A DNA stretch of 64,000 bases. It comes from Acidobacteriota bacterium (GTDB lineage Bacteria; Acidobacteriota; UBA890; WLXD01). Positions 60,495 to 64,000 of this stretch are shown in pieces. The position numbers were made by a program, and so were the translations under genes. Location: contig CAXWPL010000005.1 of the NCBI GenBank assembly GCA_963666215.2, positions 1,376,001 through 1,440,000 of the forward strand, written 5' to 3'. The notes below the pieces were generated by a model, which saw only the letters and a program-made list of their open reading frames with translations, was not told where the DNA came from and made no database searches. Every line of letters starts with the position of its first letter. Within the stretch, counting starts at the first letter, position 1.

Positions 60495-60651
60495 GGCATT
60501 GTATTCGCAACAAGATCTCTAAACATTGTGTCAACTCGACCGGCATGAGGTATCATTACCAAAAGAATTCGAGTAGTGGCTACGTTAGGCCGCTGTGCCC
60601 ACAGAACGGCTCGGTGGTCACGCCAAGGTCGAGAAACTGGAGGACCGGATC

Positions 60652-63375
60652 ATGAAGGCAATCGCACTTAGGTCACTTATTTGCATCTGCGCCATCGCCG
60701 TCTGCGCTCTACCGCTATCGGCGGACGGTCCGTCGACCGCAACCATCGACGGCCGCGTCCTCGACGCCCAGGGGCAAGCCCTGCCCGGGGCGACGGTGAC
60801 CCTGGTCGGTCCGCAGCGAACGACGAGCACCATGTCCGATGCCGCAGGGCGCTATCGCTTCGCACTCCTGCAGGCAGGGGAGTTCACCGTCACCGCAGAG
60901 CTGGAGGGGCTGGGGACGGCCGAGCTGGCGACCACGCTCGCTCCGGGTCAGCGCCGTGGCGTCGACCTCACTTTGGAAGGGGGAAGCGCGGAAGAGATCA
61001 CCGTCACCGGCGAAGCGCCGATGATAAGCAGGTACGAGACCGGCTCCATCAGCTCACTGAAGTCGGAGGTGACCGAGAACGTTGCCTTCAACAGTCGCAA
61101 CTATGCCTCCACCATTCGCGCGCTTCCCGGCGTGGTGAACGTCGAAGATGCCGACCATCTTCCCGCACTCAACGGCGGCATTGAGAACGAGACGCAGGTC
61201 TTGATCGAAGGCGTCGACACCTCGAACACGCGCCGCATGGGCGAGGCGCGCGTGATCATGCCGGCGTCGGCGCTGTCCGAGACCAGGCTCGAAACGATGG
61301 GCTTCGGCGCCGAGTACGGCCGGGCGAGCGGCGGCATCATCAACTCGACCGTCAAGACCGGCACCAACAACTTTCACGGCGATTTTCTCTACGTCGGCCA
61401 GAACGCGAAGTGGAGAGCCGAGGACCAGTTTCAGTTGGAGCGGCCGGACGACCAGGTCAACAGCTACGAGGCGTCGCTGGGCGGGCCGATCTTGCGCCAA
61501 AGGGCGTGGTTTTTTGCCGCTTACGCCGACTTGAGCAACAACAGGCTGGACCAATTAGCGAGCGGCGAGGTGGTTGACAACAGTCGCAGCTCGGAGCCCC
61601 GCATCCTCAAGCTCAACTTCCAGCCCAGCGATCGCCACCAGCTGGCGGGGACGTGGATCGATTCGCGGGGCGACGGCATCACCGCGCCGTCTAAAAGCGG
61701 CGACATTGCTGCCATCACGGCCCGTCCGCTCTACGCGGAGGTACTGACCGGGAGCTGGAGCTTCGCCGCTACCAGCTCGACCTTCATCGAGGTCAAGGTA
61801 TCCGAGCGCAAGGATCTCTTTCCTCGCACTCTCAAATTCCCCAAGGATCCGGCGACACTGTGCCCCGAGTGCTCCGACAATCCGGTCGACAACAATTTCC
61901 GCTACCGCGATCGGGCGCAAAATAACGTTCGCTTTAACGGCGTGACGAGCGGGTCCGGGATCGGCCACAACGACTTCCCTCGCGACACGGCCCATGGCTC
62001 TGCGACCTTGTTCAAAGGGCGCAACGAGATCAAGTTCGGCATCGACATCCAGGACATCGGGTTCACCAATTTCGGCAACGTGGGCAAGGAGTATCGCGGC
62101 CAAAACTTCTGTTTAGAATGCCCCGGAGGCTTCCTGAAACCGCAGCAGTTGCGGGTCTTCGTGGAGTCCGTGCCGTCCACCAGCGACGGTATCGAGAGCT
62201 CGGCCTATGTGCAGGACCGCCTCGATATCGGTGATCGCTGGAGCCTCCACATGGGCGTGCGCTACGACGCCGAGACGATCGACAACGACGTCGGCACGCG
62301 GGTCCACGATTCCGAAGACATCGCACCCCGTCTGAGCGTGGTCTACGACGTCAATGCCGACGGCAAGCTGCTGGTGCGCGGCAGCGTCGGGCGCTTCTAC
62401 CAGAACATCGGCCTGGATTTCGCCTTCCGCGAGTTCAGTGTGCTACCCACTGGGTCGCAGAGCTACGACCGGTTCGATTGGAACAAAAAAACCCTGCGCT
62501 ACGACAAGTTCAAGTTTTCCAGGTCACCGGCGGGCGTGACCCAGACTCTCCAGACGGTCGACCACCCCTACAAGGACCAGGTCACGGTTGGAGTGGACTG
62601 GCAGCTGGCCCAGAACTGGGTCTTCAAGTCGAGCCTGGTGTACCACGAGACCGACAACCTTTTCTTCGGCAACGACCAGTACATCGACGGCGGCACGGCC
62701 GTAGCGCGCGTGGTTCGCAACTGGCCCGGTGCTTTTCGCGAGTATACGGGGGTCAGCCTCGAGCTCAATCGCAGGTTCCGCGGCGGCTGGACGTTCCTGT
62801 CCAACCTGACGGTGGGCGACGCCGAAGGGAATGCGGCCAACACCAACACCAGCAATAGCCTGTTCGGCCTCCTCGGCGGCATCGAGCTGCCGAATCAAGC
62901 GGTGCAGGAGGCGGGTATCCCACCTGGCGCGACCGACGCCACCACCAGATTCAGGGCCGGGCGCATGCGTCACGACATCGATCGGCTCAACCTCATCGCC
63001 ATGAAGCGATTTCAGTTCGGCAAGCAGGCCCTGACGCTGGGTGGCTTTTTCGCCGCCAGCACCGGCAGGTACTTTGGCCCGTCTTCCCCCACCGACATTG
63101 CGCATCCGGTGACCGGTCTCGACGTCCAAACCACTACATTCACCGCGCCGCGCGACGGCCAGCAGCTGGAGGAAATCTTTACTCTCGACATCTCGGCGAT
63201 GTGGTCGTTTCCGATCAAGGGCCCGGTGGAGGGGCAGCTCGGCTTCGAGGTCGCCAACGTCACCGACGAGCAGGAGGTGCTCGAGATCGACACCATTACC
63301 CTCGCGCCCATCAACTCGCTCATTGCCTGGCAGGTGCCGCGCGAGTTTCGTCTCAAGGTTGGGATTCGCTTCTAG
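60652..63375 (+). CDS. TonB-dependent receptor with N-terminal carboxypeptidase-regulatory-like domain, paralog 2
   Basis: RBS GGAGGA; signal peptide; GRVLDAQGQALPGATVT, AEYGRASGG and C-terminal RF. Confidence 0.9.
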   Translation: MKAIALRSLICICAIAVCALPLSADGPSTATIDGRVLDAQGQALPGATVTLVGPQRTTSTMSDAAGRYRFALLQAGEFTVTAELEGLGTAELATTLAPGQRRGVDLTLEGGSAEEITVTGEAPMISRYETGSISSLKSEVTENVAFNSRNYASTIRALPGVVNVEDADHLPALNGGIENETQVLIEGVDTSNTRRMGEARVIMPASALSETRLETMGFGAEYGRASGGIINSTVKTGTNNFHGDFLYVGQNAKWRAEDQFQLERPDDQVNSYEASLGGPILRQRAWFFAAYADLSNNRLDQLASGEVVDNSRSSEPRILKLNFQPSDRHQLAGTWIDSRGDGITAPSKSGDIAAITARPLYAEVLTGSWSFAATSSTFIEVKVSERKDLFPRTLKFPKDPATLCPECSDNPVDNNFRYRDRAQNNVRFNGVTSGSGIGHNDFPRDTAHGSATLFKGRNEIKFGIDIQDIGFTNFGNVGKEYRGQNFCLECPGGFLKPQQLRVFVESVPSTSDGIESSAYVQDRLDIGDRWSLHMGVRYDAETIDNDVGTRVHDSEDIAPRLSVVYDVNADGKLLVRGSVGRFYQNIGLDFAFREFSVLPTGSQSYDRFDWNKKTLRYDKFKFSRSPAGVTQTLQTVDHPYKDQVTVGVDWQLAQNWVFKSSLVYHETDNLFFGNDQYIDGGTAVARVVRNWPGAFREYTGVSLELNRRFRGGWTFLSNLTVGDAEGNAANTNTSNSLFGLLGGIELPNQAVQEAGIPPGATDATTRFRAGRMRHDIDRLNLIAMKRFQFGKQALTLGGFFAASTGRYFGPSSPTDIAHPVTGLDVQTTTFTAPRDGQQLEEIFTLDISAMWSFPIKGPVEGQLGFEVANVTDEQEVLEIDTITLAPINSLIAWQVPREFRLKVGIRF

Positions 63376-63388
63376 GTTTCTGAGCTCT

Positions 63389-63437
63389 GTCTCGAGGCGG
63401 GTGGCGCTCCGGCGCTCCCGCCTCGCGACGGTCTTTC
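63389..63437 (+). terminator. putative terminator hairpin
   Basis: Homologous to 31002-31050. Confidence 0.45.
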
Positions 63438-63659
63438 GGCCCGGGTAGCCCTGGATCTTCGTCTCGACGAGATGGGGCAGGTGAGCTAGCCTCTAGCTCT
63501 CCCCATCAGATCAAAACAGGGTAAGATCGCGCCCAGTGCGCTGGATGCCGCTTCTTGGTCTCGCGATGCTCTTGGGGTTCTTGGGACCGGGATCTTCTGG
63601 CCAGAGCGATCGACCACGAATCCTCGTCGAAAGTCCCGACCTGAGGACGGGCGAGCATG

Positions 63660-64000
63660 TGCCCCGCGACTACACACCCGACGGCCGTAATCTCTCTCCC
63701 CCGCTCACTTGGAAGAACCTACCCGAGGGAACCAAGGAGATCGCAGTCGTCTGCGCCGACTTCGGTGCCGGCAATCCTCCCCCCTGGGTGCACTGGGTTA
63801 TCTACGGGATTCCAGCAAAGGTGAACGGGCTGCCAATTGGCCTGCCGATCCAAAAGGACGAGCCCCTGCCCGCCGAGCTCGCGAACGCCAAGCAGGGCCT
63901 GAACAGCTGGAAGCTGCCCCTCTATCGAGGCCCCGCACCACCCCCCGCCAAGCCACATGTGTACCACTTCACCGTCTACGCGCTCGATGCACAACTGAAT
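63660..64000 (+). CDS. YbhB/YbcL (PEBP) family protein, partial
   Basis: DGRNLSPPLTW...WVHWVIY...YRGPAPP...HVYHFTVYALD; start not evident and runs off the window. Confidence 0.8.

Overview
GC-rich bacterial DNA with an Acidobacteria-like gene repertoire: DUF3604 proteins, PQQ dehydrogenases, NHL-repeat proteins, carboxypeptidase-like-domain TonB receptors and DUF1501/DUF1800/DUF1553. The taxonomy is inference. The window is a mosaic of about 25 intact genes and about 25 gene fragments, many joined at short microhomologies, plus IS remnants of the IS481-like, IS5/IS903, IS110, IS3, IS30 and IS91 families. (1) The main non-coding signal is six same-orientation copies of the oriIS/3' end of one IS91-family rolling-circle element. 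Each abuts a (G/C)(G/A)AC tetranucleotide and is followed by different cargo. This is a candidate Helitron/ISCR-like fragment-capture system, but a chimeric long-read consensus anchored on the repeat could produce the same pattern. (2) Two ~180-bp CTAG-flanked hairpin elements have unrelated terminal repeats but share an internal core, and one has its empty site in a paralogous locus in this window. (3) Other notable items: a TonB-receptor pair that differs mainly in short patches, with tandem NrdR-like boxes upstream; a tRNA-Leu 3'-half att site; an IS110 3' non-coding region; a VOC gene split by nested IS30/IS3/IS91 insertions; and a 2-kb duplicated PQQ dehydrogenase with phage-packaging-like fragments next to each copy. 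Family assignments come from motif recognition, not database searches.
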